Shown here: piece after piece, positions 1 through 7,575 of the stretch | Position numbering within the stretch: the first letter of the stretch is position 1 | Layout: each line of letters begins with the position of its first letter | From: Betaproteobacteria bacterium | GTDB taxonomy: Bacteria; Pseudomonadota; Gammaproteobacteria; Burkholderiales; Ga0077523 | Assembly: GCA_025350245.1 (NCBI GenBank) | Contig: JANXYG010000052.1 | Span: forward strand, 12,265-76,264 | Length of the DNA: 64,000 nucleotides | Reading direction: 5' to 3' | Program-made: the position numbers and the translations under genes | Notes under the pieces: generated by a model | The model's input: only the letters and a program-made list of their open reading frames with translations | Told to the model about the DNA's origin: nothing | Database searches by the model: none

Positions 1-618
1 GAGGACCGCATCCTTGACGCTCTCGAACGACAGCTTTCCGGGCGGAAACAGCAAGGCCAGCTTGCGCACTTCCTGATGGGCGGCGAGCAGGTTGCCCTCG
101 ACGCGCGTAGCCATGAAATCGAGCGTCTGGTGATCGGCCTGATGGCCCTGTGCGGCAAGGCGTCCGGCCAGCCACGCCGGCAGCCGGGCGAGCGTGACCT
201 TTTGCGCCTGGACCACGACCGCCACCGCGGCCAGCGCCGCGAACCATTTTGCCGACTGTTGCTTGCGCTCCAGGCGCGGTAGTGTGACCAGCGAGACCGC
301 ATCATCGGGCAGCCGCGCCGCGAAGCCGGCCAGTGCGTCGCTGCCGTCGTTGCCGGGCGCGCCGGACGGGATGCGAAGGTCGATGATGCGTCGATCGCCG
401 AACAGCGACAGGCTGTTGGCCGCCGCGTGCAACTGGCTCCAGTCGAAGCCCTTCTCGGCCGTCAGGACCTCGCGGGTCGAATAGCCGGCCGCCGCTGCCG
501 CCGCCCGGATCCGGTCGGTGGCCTCGAGCACCAGGAGGGGCTCGTCGCCGAACACCACGTAGCAAGGCGCGACCTTGCGTTCGAGGTGCTTCGGCAGTGC
601 CTCGGTGTCGATCTCCAT
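1..618 (-). CDS. holA: DNA polymerase III subunit delta (HolA), N-terminal part; the 3' end lies beyond the window start
   Basis: Not in the ORF track because it is open at the window edge. Manual minus-strand translation from ATG 618-616 gives MEIDTEALPKHLERKVAPCYVVFGDEPLLVLEATDRIR..SLSLFGDRRIIDLR..KQQSAKWFAALA..LPAWLAGRL..EGNLLAAHQEVRKLALLFPPGKLSFESVKDAVL. This collinear pattern matches the HolA N-terminal domains. Confidence 0.8.
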   Translation of the reverse strand, partial: MEIDTEALPKHLERKVAPCYVVFGDEPLLVLEATDRIRAAAAAAGYSTREVLTAEKGFDWSQLHAAANSLSLFGDRRIIDLRIPSGAPGNDGSDALAGFAARLPDDAVSLVTLPRLERKQQSAKWFAALAAVAVVVQAQKVTLARLPAWLAGRLAAQGHQADHQTLDFMATRVEGNLLAAHQEVRKLALLFPPGKLSFESVKDAVL

Positions 619-650
619 CCGGTTCACTTTTGGAGGTAACGATGGTTGCT

Positions 651-749
651 GCCAAGCGAAGGGGCAACATCCGCAGGGTTCCCCGAGGAATGTTGCGCCC
701 CCTGGAGGGGGAAGGCGGAGCGTAGCAAAGCCTGGGGGTGGGCGTCACC
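651..749 (-). repeat. Structured intergenic repeat, family A, distal copy of a tandem pair (sense strand is minus)
   Basis: Sense read: GACGCCCACCCCCAGGCTTTGCTACGCTCCGCCTTCCCCCTCCAGGGGGCGCAACATTCCTCGGGGAACCCTGCGGATGTTGCCCCTTCGCTTGGC. Hairpin 1 is CCCCCTCCAGGGGG; hairpin 2 stem is GCAACAT/ATGTTGC. Confidence 0.9.
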
Positions 750-836
750 TGGGGCAACATCCGCAGGGTTCCCCGAGGAATGTTGCGCCCCCTGGAGGGG
801 GAAGGCGAAGCGCAGCGCAGCCTGGGGGTGGGTCAC
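750..836 (-). repeat. Structured intergenic repeat, family A, proximal copy of a tandem pair; starts 2-3 nt after the ptsI stop
   Basis: Near-identical to 651-749, with the same two hairpins. Preceded on the sense strand by TGAATGTGAC (ptsI stop codon plus leader). Confidence 0.9.
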
Positions 837-838
837 AT

Positions 839-2563
839 TCAGCCTGCGTTGAGTTTTTCGAGCAGGGCGTACATCTTGTCGGGCTCATCGGTGCGCAGCA
901 TGCGCCTGGCGATCTGGGCGACCTCATCGAGATCGGATTTGAGCACCACGCGCTTCACCGACAACACGTTGGCCGGATGCATCGAGAACTGGCGCAGGCC
1001 GAACCCGAGCAGCAGACGCGTGAGCGTGGGGTCGCCGGCCATTTCGCCACACACTGCCACCGGCTTGCCGGCCTTGGCGCCAGCCTGGATGATGCCGGCG
1101 ATCAGCTGCAGGACGGCCGGGTGCAGCGGGTCGTAGAGATGCGCCACGGCGTCATCGGTGCGGTCGATCGCGAGCGTGTACTGGATCAGGTCGTTGGTGC
1201 CGATCGACAGGAAGTCGAGCTTGCGAGTGAAGATGCCGAGCGAGAGCGCCGCGGCGGGGATCTCGATCATGCCGCCGACCGGGATCGCCGGATCGAAGGC
1301 GATCTCGTCGTCCTCGAGGCTGCGTTTCGCCTCGGCAATGGCCTGCAGGGTCTGGTTCAGCTCGTGCAGCGACGACAGCATCGGCACCAGCAGCCTGACC
1401 TTGCCGAAGGCCGACGCCCGCAGGATCGCGCGCAGTTGCCGCTGGAACATCTGCGGTTCGGCTAGGCATAGCCGGATCGCGCGGAGGCCCAGCGCGGGAT
1501 TCGCCGACACCCGTTCGGTGCCGTGCAGTTCCTTGTCGGCGCCCAGATCGAAGGTGCGGATGGTGACCGGCAACCCGTCCATCTCGGTCACGACCTTGCG
1601 ATAGGCCTCGAACTGCTCGTCCTCGTCCGGCAGGCCGCGCCGGTTCAGGTACAGGAATTCAGTCCGGAACAGGCCGATACCGGCTGCGCCCGCGGTGCGC
1701 ACCTGGTCGACGTCGCCGGGCAGCTCGATGTTCGCGTGCAGTTCGATGCGGGTACCGTCGAGCGTGGCCGCGCGGGTGGTCTTGAGGCGTTGCAGCTTCT
1801 GCCGGTCGAGATCCCATTCGTCCTGGCGCAGCCGATATTCGGCCAGCGTGGTTTCGTCCGGGTTGACGATGACCACGCCATGGCCGCCATCGACGATCAG
1901 CAATTCGTCTTCGCGCACCAGCTTGCGCGCGTGGTGCAGGGCGACGATGGACGGGATGCCCAGACTGCGCGCGACGATTGCGGTGTGCGACGTGGTGCCG
2001 CCCAGGTCGGTGATGAAGCTCGCGAACCGGTGCTGCTTGAACAGGATGACATCGGCGGGCGAAAGATCGCGGGCAACCAGGATGCTGCCGTCCTCCGGCG
2101 AGGCGATGGCGGCGCTGGTGGTGTCGAGTATGAGCGCCGCGAGCACGCGCTCGACCACCTGGCGCACATCGGTCTTGCGCTCGCGCAGGTAGGGGTCGTC
2201 GATGCGATCGAACTGCTCAAGCAGCGCCTCCATCTGTTGCTTGAGCGCCCACTCGGCATTGCACAGTTGCGCGGCGATCATGGCCTTCGGTGCCGCCGCG
2301 ATCATCTCGTCGCCCAGGATCATCAGGTGGACGTTGAGAAACGCGCCGAACTCGGCCGGCGCGTTGTGCGGGATGTGGCTCGCCAGTTGTGACAACTCGC
2401 CCCGCACCCGGCCGATCGCCGATTCGAAGCGCGCCTGCTCCTGCGCGACATCGGCCTCGGTGATCTCGAGGTGCGGCACCTCGAGCTGGGCGTGGGTGAC
2501 CAGGTGCGCCCGGCCGATGGCGATGCCGCTGGAGACGCCGATGCCGTGGAGAGTGAAGCTCAT
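839..2563 (-). CDS. ptsI: Phosphoenolpyruvate-protein phosphotransferase (PTS enzyme I)
   Basis: ORF 839..2605. MSFTLHGIGVSSGIAIGRAHLV is a typical EI N-terminus, with phospho-His region GGTTSHTAIVARSLGIP and C-terminal PEP-utilising domain FLSIGTNDLIQYTLA. Start set at ATG 2563; the track's 2605 start is a TTG. Start uncertain. Confidence 0.9.
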   Translation of the reverse strand: MSFTLHGIGVSSGIAIGRAHLVTHAQLEVPHLEITEADVAQEQARFESAIGRVRGELSQLASHIPHNAPAEFGAFLNVHLMILGDEMIAAAPKAMIAAQLCNAEWALKQQMEALLEQFDRIDDPYLRERKTDVRQVVERVLAALILDTTSAAIASPEDGSILVARDLSPADVILFKQHRFASFITDLGGTTSHTAIVARSLGIPSIVALHHARKLVREDELLIVDGGHGVVIVNPDETTLAEYRLRQDEWDLDRQKLQRLKTTRAATLDGTRIELHANIELPGDVDQVRTAGAAGIGLFRTEFLYLNRRGLPDEDEQFEAYRKVVTEMDGLPVTIRTFDLGADKELHGTERVSANPALGLRAIRLCLAEPQMFQRQLRAILRASAFGKVRLLVPMLSSLHELNQTLQAIAEAKRSLEDDEIAFDPAIPVGGMIEIPAAALSLGIFTRKLDFLSIGTNDLIQYTLAIDRTDDAVAHLYDPLHPAVLQLIAGIIQAGAKAGKPVAVCGEMAGDPTLTRLLLGFGLRQFSMHPANVLSVKRVVLKSDLDEVAQIARRMLRTDEPDKMYALLEKLNAG

Positions 2564-2621
2564 GTGTGGCGGTGCCGGTTTCGGGGTCGGATCAACGCGA
2601 TTCAAGCGCTGCGCAGGGACG

Positions 2622-2891
2622 CTACTCGCCCTCCCCGAACCGGGCCGCGATCAATTCCATCAGGGCCTGCATCGCTTCGGCTTCGTCGGGTCCGTCGGTT
2701 TCAACGGCCACCTTGGTTCCCTTGGCCGCGGCCAGCATCATCACGCCCATGATGCTCTTGGCGTTCACCCGGCGGCCATTGCGGGTGAGCCACACTTCGC
2801 ACTGATACTTTGCGGCGAGTTGCGTGAGCTTGGCGGACGCACGCGCGTGCAGCCCCAGCTTGTTGACGATATCAACGTCCCGTTGCTGCAT
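2622..2891 (-). CDS. ptsH: HPr-family phosphocarrier protein
   Basis: 89 aa from the internal Met of ORF 2622..3020: MQQRDVDIVNKLGLHARASAKL, with the active-site His in GLHARAS. Lies between the EIIA and EI genes. Confidence 0.9.
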   Translation of the reverse strand: MQQRDVDIVNKLGLHARASAKLTQLAAKYQCEVWLTRNGRRVNAKSIMGVMMLAAAKGTKVAVETDGPDEAEAMQALMELIAARFGEGE

Positions 2892-3285
2892 TCTGGATCG
2901 CCACCGGCATGCGGATGACGCCATCGATGCCACCGGAGATGGCCTTGGCGATGACGACATCCAGGGGTTCGTTGCGATAGGTGAGCGCCCGCACCAGCAT
3001 CGGCAGGTTGACCCCGGCAACGCCCTCGACGTGCTCGGATGTCAGCAGGCGGGCGGCGATGTTGCCCGGCGTCGCGCCGTAGACATCGGTGAGGACGAGT
3101 ACGCCCTGGCCCTGGTCGAGTTGCCTGACCAGGCGCAAGGCCTGCGGAAAGACCAGCGCCGGATCGTCGTGCGTGGTGATGCCGATCTGCATCAGTTGCG
3201 CGGGGCGCGCGCCCATCACGTGACTGGCGCAGTGGATCAGGCTCTCGCCCAGTGTTCCATGCGCCACGATGAGAATACCGACCAT
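2872..3285 (-). CDS. PTS EIIA component, mannose/fructose family
   Basis: 137 aa. MVGILIVAHGTLGESL matches the EIIA(Man)-type N-terminus with the phospho-His. Overlaps the HPr start by 20 nt. The gshB-EIIA-HPr-EI order is a conserved betaproteobacterial arrangement. Confidence 0.8.
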   Translation of the reverse strand: MVGILIVAHGTLGESLIHCASHVMGARPAQLMQIGITTHDDPALVFPQALRLVRQLDQGQGVLVLTDVYGATPGNIAARLLTSEHVEGVAGVNLPMLVRALTYRNEPLDVVIAKAISGGIDGVIRMPVAIQNAATGR

Positions 3286-3317
3286 GCGAGGTCCGCCGAA
3301 ACCGGAAGCTCCGGATT

Positions 3318-4268
3318 CTACGCTGCGCGCGGGCGCGCTTCGAGGGCGTCGATCACCATGCCGGGGATGTCGAACCCGGTCTGGTCGAGAATCTCGCGCA
3401 TGCAGGTCGGGCTGGTGACATTGACCTCCGTGAGGTGGTCGCCGATGATGTCCAGGCCGACGATGAGCAGGCCGTGTTCACGGGCGACCGGGCCGACGAC
3501 CGCCGCGATCTCGTGGTCGCGCGGACTCAGCGGTTGCGCCACACCGGTCCCGCCGGCGGCGAGATTGCCGCGACTCTCGCCCGGCTTCGGAATCCGCGCC
3601 AGCGCATAGGGGGCGGCCACGCCATCGATCAGCAGCACGCGCTTGTCGCCCTTGGCGATGTCGGGCAGGTAGCGTTGGGCCATGACGGTACGGGTACCGT
3701 CGGCGGTGATGGTTTCGAGAATCACGCTGGTATTCGGATCGTGCCGACCGAGACGGAACACCGACGATCCGCCCATGCCGTCGAGCGGCTTGACCACGAT
3801 CTCGCCGTGTTCGGTGAGAAAGGCGCGGATCGAGGTCTGATCACGGGTCACCAGTGTTGGTGCGGTGAACTGCGGGAAGCGCGCGATCGACAGCTTCTCG
3901 TTGAAATTGCGCAGGCTCGCGGGCCGGTTGTAGACGCGGGCGCCGTGCGCCTCGGCGAGCTCGAGCAGGTATGTGGTGTAGACGTATTCCAGGTCGAACG
4001 GCGGGTCCTTGCGCATCAGCACGGCGTCGAAGCGCGAGAGTTCGCATTCGTCTGCGTCGGCGACGACATACCAGGGCTCGTCGACATGCAGTGCGATCTC
4101 GAGGCGCCGCACCCGGGCGAAGACTCGACCGGCGCGCCACGACAGGTCTTCGGGATGGAGGGCGTAAACCCCGTGTCCGCGCGCGGTGGCGGCACGCATC
4201 ATCGCGATCGACGAATCCTTGTACGGCTTCAGCGCCGCTAGCGGATCGAGGACGAAAGCGATGTCCAC
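3318..4268 (-). CDS. gshB: Glutathione synthetase
   Basis: 316 aa from GTG 4268 within ORF 3318..4460. VDIAFVLDPLAALKPYKDSSIAMM.., ATP-grasp motifs KPLDGMGGSSVF and EVNVTSPT. The start lies 8 nt after the gshA stop. Confidence 0.9.
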   Translation of the reverse strand: MDIAFVLDPLAALKPYKDSSIAMMRAATARGHGVYALHPEDLSWRAGRVFARVRRLEIALHVDEPWYVVADADECELSRFDAVLMRKDPPFDLEYVYTTYLLELAEAHGARVYNRPASLRNFNEKLSIARFPQFTAPTLVTRDQTSIRAFLTEHGEIVVKPLDGMGGSSVFRLGRHDPNTSVILETITADGTRTVMAQRYLPDIAKGDKRVLLIDGVAAPYALARIPKPGESRGNLAAGGTGVAQPLSPRDHEIAAVVGPVAREHGLLIVGLDIIGDHLTEVNVTSPTCMREILDQTGFDIPGMVIDALEARPRAA

Positions 4269-4275
4269 GCGGCGC

Positions 4276-5568
4276 TCAGGCGGTGACGGCGAAGGCCGGT
4301 TCGGTGCGTTCGAGTTCGAGCGCGGCTGCCACCAGTGCCAGGCGGGCGACCACACCGTAGGCGTAGAAGCGGTTGGGCGGGGCATGCGGATTGCCGTCGA
4401 GGTCGGGCTGCGTGCAGCACGAATCGAAGGCGAGCGGCACGAACTGCATGCCGGGTGCATTCAGGTTCTGGTCGATGCCGCGCTCGGTGTGCACGCGGTA
4501 GAACCCGCCCACGACAAAGTGATCGATCATGTAGACCACCGGTTCAGCCACGGCGTCGTTGACGATCTCGAACGTCGGCACGCCTTCCTGCACCATCACG
4601 TGCGATACCTCCAGGCCTTCCTTGACCACCGCCATCTTGTTGCGCTGCTTGCGGTTCAGGCCGCGCACCTCGTCCGGCGACCGGACCGACATGATGCCCA
4701 TGCCATAAGTGCCGGCGTCGGCCTTGACGATCGCGAATGGCTGTTGATCGATGCCGTATTCGCGATACTTGGTGGCGGTCCGGGCGAGGATATCTTCGAC
4801 CCAGCCCGCCAGGCAATCCTCACCGGTACGCTCCTGGAAATCGATCTCGCCGCAAACCCCGAAGTAGGGATTGATGAACCAGGGGTCGATGCCGATCAGG
4901 GCGGCGAACTCGGTGGCGACCTCATCGTAGGCGGCGAAGTGATTCGACTTCCGGCGCGATGCCCAGCCGGCATGCAGCGGCGGGATCACCGTCTGTTCGA
5001 GGTTGCGCAATATTGCGGGGACACCGGCGGACATGTCGTTGTTGAGCAGGACCGTGCACGGGTCGAAATTCGCCAGGCCGATGCGGTTGCCTTTGCGCAC
5101 CAGCGGTTCGAGCAGCAGTTTCGAGCCGTTGGGCAGGTCGAGCGGCGTCGGCACGGTGATTTCCGGGATGAGCGTGCCGATTCGTACCTTCATGCCGGCC
5201 TGCCGAAGAATCGATTGCAGCGATGCCACGTTCTGCAGATAGAACGCATTGCGCGTGTGGTTTTCGGGGATCAGCAGCACGCCACGGGCGTCGGGGCAGA
5301 TTTTTTCCACCGCCACCATGATCGCCTGCACGCACAACGGCATGAACTCGGGGGCGAGATTGTTGAAACCGCCCGGAAACAGGTTGGTGTCGACCGGCGC
5401 CAGTTTGTAGCCGGCGTTGCGCAGGTCGACCGAGGCGTAGAAGGGCGAGGTGTGTTCCTGCCACTTGCCGCGCAGCCAGTGCTCGATGCTCGGTTGCGAC
5501 AGCAGGATCTGGCTTTCGAGTTCCAGGATCGGGCCGGTGAGGGAGGTAACCAGGTGCGGGACGGTCAT
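4276..5568 (-). CDS. gshA: Glutamate-cysteine ligase (about 430 aa proteobacterial type)
   Basis: 430 aa from the internal Met of ORF 4276..5727: MTVPHLVTSLTGPILELESQILLSQPSIEHWLR... Sits immediately upstream of gshB. Family assignment from recall of this GshA type. Confidence 0.8.
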   Translation of the reverse strand: MTVPHLVTSLTGPILELESQILLSQPSIEHWLRGKWQEHTSPFYASVDLRNAGYKLAPVDTNLFPGGFNNLAPEFMPLCVQAIMVAVEKICPDARGVLLIPENHTRNAFYLQNVASLQSILRQAGMKVRIGTLIPEITVPTPLDLPNGSKLLLEPLVRKGNRIGLANFDPCTVLLNNDMSAGVPAILRNLEQTVIPPLHAGWASRRKSNHFAAYDEVATEFAALIGIDPWFINPYFGVCGEIDFQERTGEDCLAGWVEDILARTATKYREYGIDQQPFAIVKADAGTYGMGIMSVRSPDEVRGLNRKQRNKMAVVKEGLEVSHVMVQEGVPTFEIVNDAVAEPVVYMIDHFVVGGFYRVHTERGIDQNLNAPGMQFVPLAFDSCCTQPDLDGNPHAPPNRFYAYGVVARLALVAAALELERTEPAFAVTA

Positions 5569-5865
5569 CGGGCAGCGTTCATTCGGGTGGCCGTGGCGCT
5601 CAGGCTGAACCTTGGCATTCGCCCGGGCAAAATTCGGACGCGGAGTATAGCCCACGGTCTGCGCTGCCCAAGTCCCGGCCCGGCACCGGTGGCGCGCTGC
5701 GGGCCTGCTGACCGCGGCATCGCGCAACCGGATTTCGTCGATGTTCCCGCTTGCCCGGAACTGCTGCGTCGAGATTGACTTGAGTACTGCCGAGCATTCA
5801 TCATATGAAGCAATTATTCATCGCAAGAACATTTCGAGCGACCCCGCGCCTCCGATCGCCAGCCA

Positions 5866-7107
5866 ATGCCTTATCAGCTACTCCGCTTCGCGTTCTCGTC
5901 GAAGCATCCCGAACCCCGCATGTTCCGCGAGCCGGATCGGCTCAAGGACACGTACGACGCCGTTATCATCGGCGCCGGCGGGCATGGCCTTGCAAGTGCC
6001 TACTATCTGGCGCGCGACCATGGAATGACGAATGTAGCGGTGCTCGACCGCGGCTATCTCGGCGGCGGCAACACCGGGCGCAACACCGCGATCATCCGGT
6101 CGAACTACCTCACGCCCGAGGGTGTTGCCTTCTACGATCAGTCGGTGCGTCTGTGGCAGGACCTCGCCCAGGACTTCGACCTCAACCTTTTCTACTCCAC
6201 GCGCGGCCACTTCACGCTCGCCCACACTGATTCTGCGGTGCGGACCATGCGCTGGCGGGCCGAGGTCAACAAGCACTTCGGCATCGACAGCGAACTGGTT
6301 GGCCCCGACGCCGTCGGCAAGGCCTGTCCGCAGATGGATCTGAGCTGCGGCGGTCACGCGCCGATCATGGGGGCCCTCTACCATGCGCCCGGCGCGATCG
6401 CCCGACATGATGCCGTTGCCTGGGGCTATGGGCGCGGCGCCGACCAGCGCGGCGTCGAGATCCATCAGCAGACCGAAGTGCTCGGCATCGATGTCGAGGC
6501 CGGGCAGGTCAAGGGCGTTCGGACCTCGAAGGGCTACATTTCCACGCGCAAGGTCCTGTGCGCCGTGGCCGGGTTCACCCCGCGCGTGTGCGACATGGTC
6601 GGGCTGCGCACGCCGATCTACATTCATCCGTTGCAGGCCATGGTGACCGAACCGCAGAAGCCGTGGCTCGATCCCATCCTGGTGTCGGGCAGCCTGCATA
6701 TCTATGTGAGCCAGTCCGCGCGGGGCGAACTGGTCATGGGCGCCTCGCTCGACCCCTACGAACTGCATTCGACCCGGTCCACGCTCGACTTCGTGGAGGG
6801 GCTCTCGGCACACATGCTGGACCTGTTCCCGTTCCTGTCGAACGCCCGCATCAACCGGCAATGGGCCGGCATGGCGGACATGACCCCTGACTTCGCGCCG
6901 ATCATGGGCAAGACGCCGGTGACCGGGTTCTACCTCGATTCGGGCTGGGGCACCTGGGGTTTCAAGGCAACGCCGGTGTGCGGCAAGACCATGTCGTACA
7001 CGCTGGCCAATGACCGCAACCATCCTCTGATCGAAGGGTTCGGCCTGGCGCGCTTCGAGCGCTACGAGCTCACCGGCGAGAAGGGTGCCGCCAGCGTGGG
7101 GCATTGA
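5866..7107 (+). CDS. mgdA: N-methylglutamate dehydrogenase / heterotetrameric sarcosine-oxidase family, beta subunit (FAD)
   Basis: 413 aa. DAVIIGAGGHGLASAYYLA dinucleotide fold; GGNTGRNTAIIRSNY is typical of SoxB. Followed by the delta, alpha and gamma subunits. Confidence 0.85.
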   Translation: MPYQLLRFAFSSKHPEPRMFREPDRLKDTYDAVIIGAGGHGLASAYYLARDHGMTNVAVLDRGYLGGGNTGRNTAIIRSNYLTPEGVAFYDQSVRLWQDLAQDFDLNLFYSTRGHFTLAHTDSAVRTMRWRAEVNKHFGIDSELVGPDAVGKACPQMDLSCGGHAPIMGALYHAPGAIARHDAVAWGYGRGADQRGVEIHQQTEVLGIDVEAGQVKGVRTSKGYISTRKVLCAVAGFTPRVCDMVGLRTPIYIHPLQAMVTEPQKPWLDPILVSGSLHIYVSQSARGELVMGASLDPYELHSTRSTLDFVEGLSAHMLDLFPFLSNARINRQWAGMADMTPDFAPIMGKTPVTGFYLDSGWGTWGFKATPVCGKTMSYTLANDRNHPLIEGFGLARFERYELTGEKGAASVGH

Positions 7108-7225
7108 AATGAAACGCCCACCCCCAGGCTGCGCTGCGCTGCGCCTTCCCCCTCGAGGGGGCGCCCCGTTCCTCGGGGGACCCTGCGGACGGGGCCCCTT
7201 CGCTTCGGGTATGCCCTTCGTTCAC
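7108..7225 (+). repeat. Structured intergenic repeat, family A, full-length copy
   Basis: The 12-mer TGAAATGAAACG (7105-7116, including the mgdA stop) is followed by CCCACCCCCAGGCTGCGCTGCGCTGCGCCTTCCCCCTCGAGGGGGCGCCCCGTTCCTCGGGGGACCCTGCGGACGGGGCCCCTTCGCTTCGGGTATGCCCTTCGTTCAC. Confidence 0.9.
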
Positions 7226-7296
7226 CTGGCGGGCTCGCAGGGCCTCGCGGGTCGCGCGCCGAGGTCGGCGCCCCACGGGGCCGAGGCGGGACGCAC

Positions 7297-7575
7297 ATGA
7301 AGCTGCTGCGCTGCCCGGTAAACGGGGTTCGCCCGGTATCCGAGTTCGCCTACGGCGGCGAGATCCGGTCGATGCCGGCCGACACCTGCTCCGATATCGA
7401 GTGGGCACACTATGTATTCAACCGCAGCGGGGTTCCCGGCGTGAAGGTGGAGTGGTGGTATCACATCGCCAGCGGCACCTGGTTTCACGCCGAGCGCGAT
7501 ACCGTGACCGACCGTGTGCTGCGCACCTGGCTCCCCGGCGACCTGCCGCCGGCGGCGGACGGTAAGGCGGCATGA
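7297..7575 (+). CDS. mgdB: Sarcosine-oxidase-family delta subunit
   Basis: 92 aa. MKLLRCPVNGVRPVSEFAYGGE...WWYH is the typical SoxD zinc-ribbon-like N-terminus. ATGA overlap with the next gene. Confidence 0.85.
   Translation: MKLLRCPVNGVRPVSEFAYGGEIRSMPADTCSDIEWAHYVFNRSGVPGVKVEWWYHIASGTWFHAERDTVTDRVLRTWLPGDLPPAADGKAA

Noticed and set aside
651-836. Could the tandem repeats (here and at 37105-37330) be a mini CRISPR array?
   Set aside because: The units abut directly with no unique spacers, unit length is about 90-115 bp, only two units occur per locus, and there are no cas genes.
646-852. Short ORFs running through the repeats that give recurring peptides such as [14 protein letters not shown] (also 7085..7300, 37180..37467, 12330..12671)
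   Set aside because: Conservation is at the nucleotide and hairpin level. Reading frames and lengths differ between copies, there are no RBS or start codons, and the elements occur on both strands relative to these ORFs.
5590-5610. TTGGCATTCGCCCGGGCA in the gshA/mgdA intergenic region as a sigma54 promoter for the NMG cluster
   Set aside because: The -12 region does not match (no TTGC at the correct spacing).
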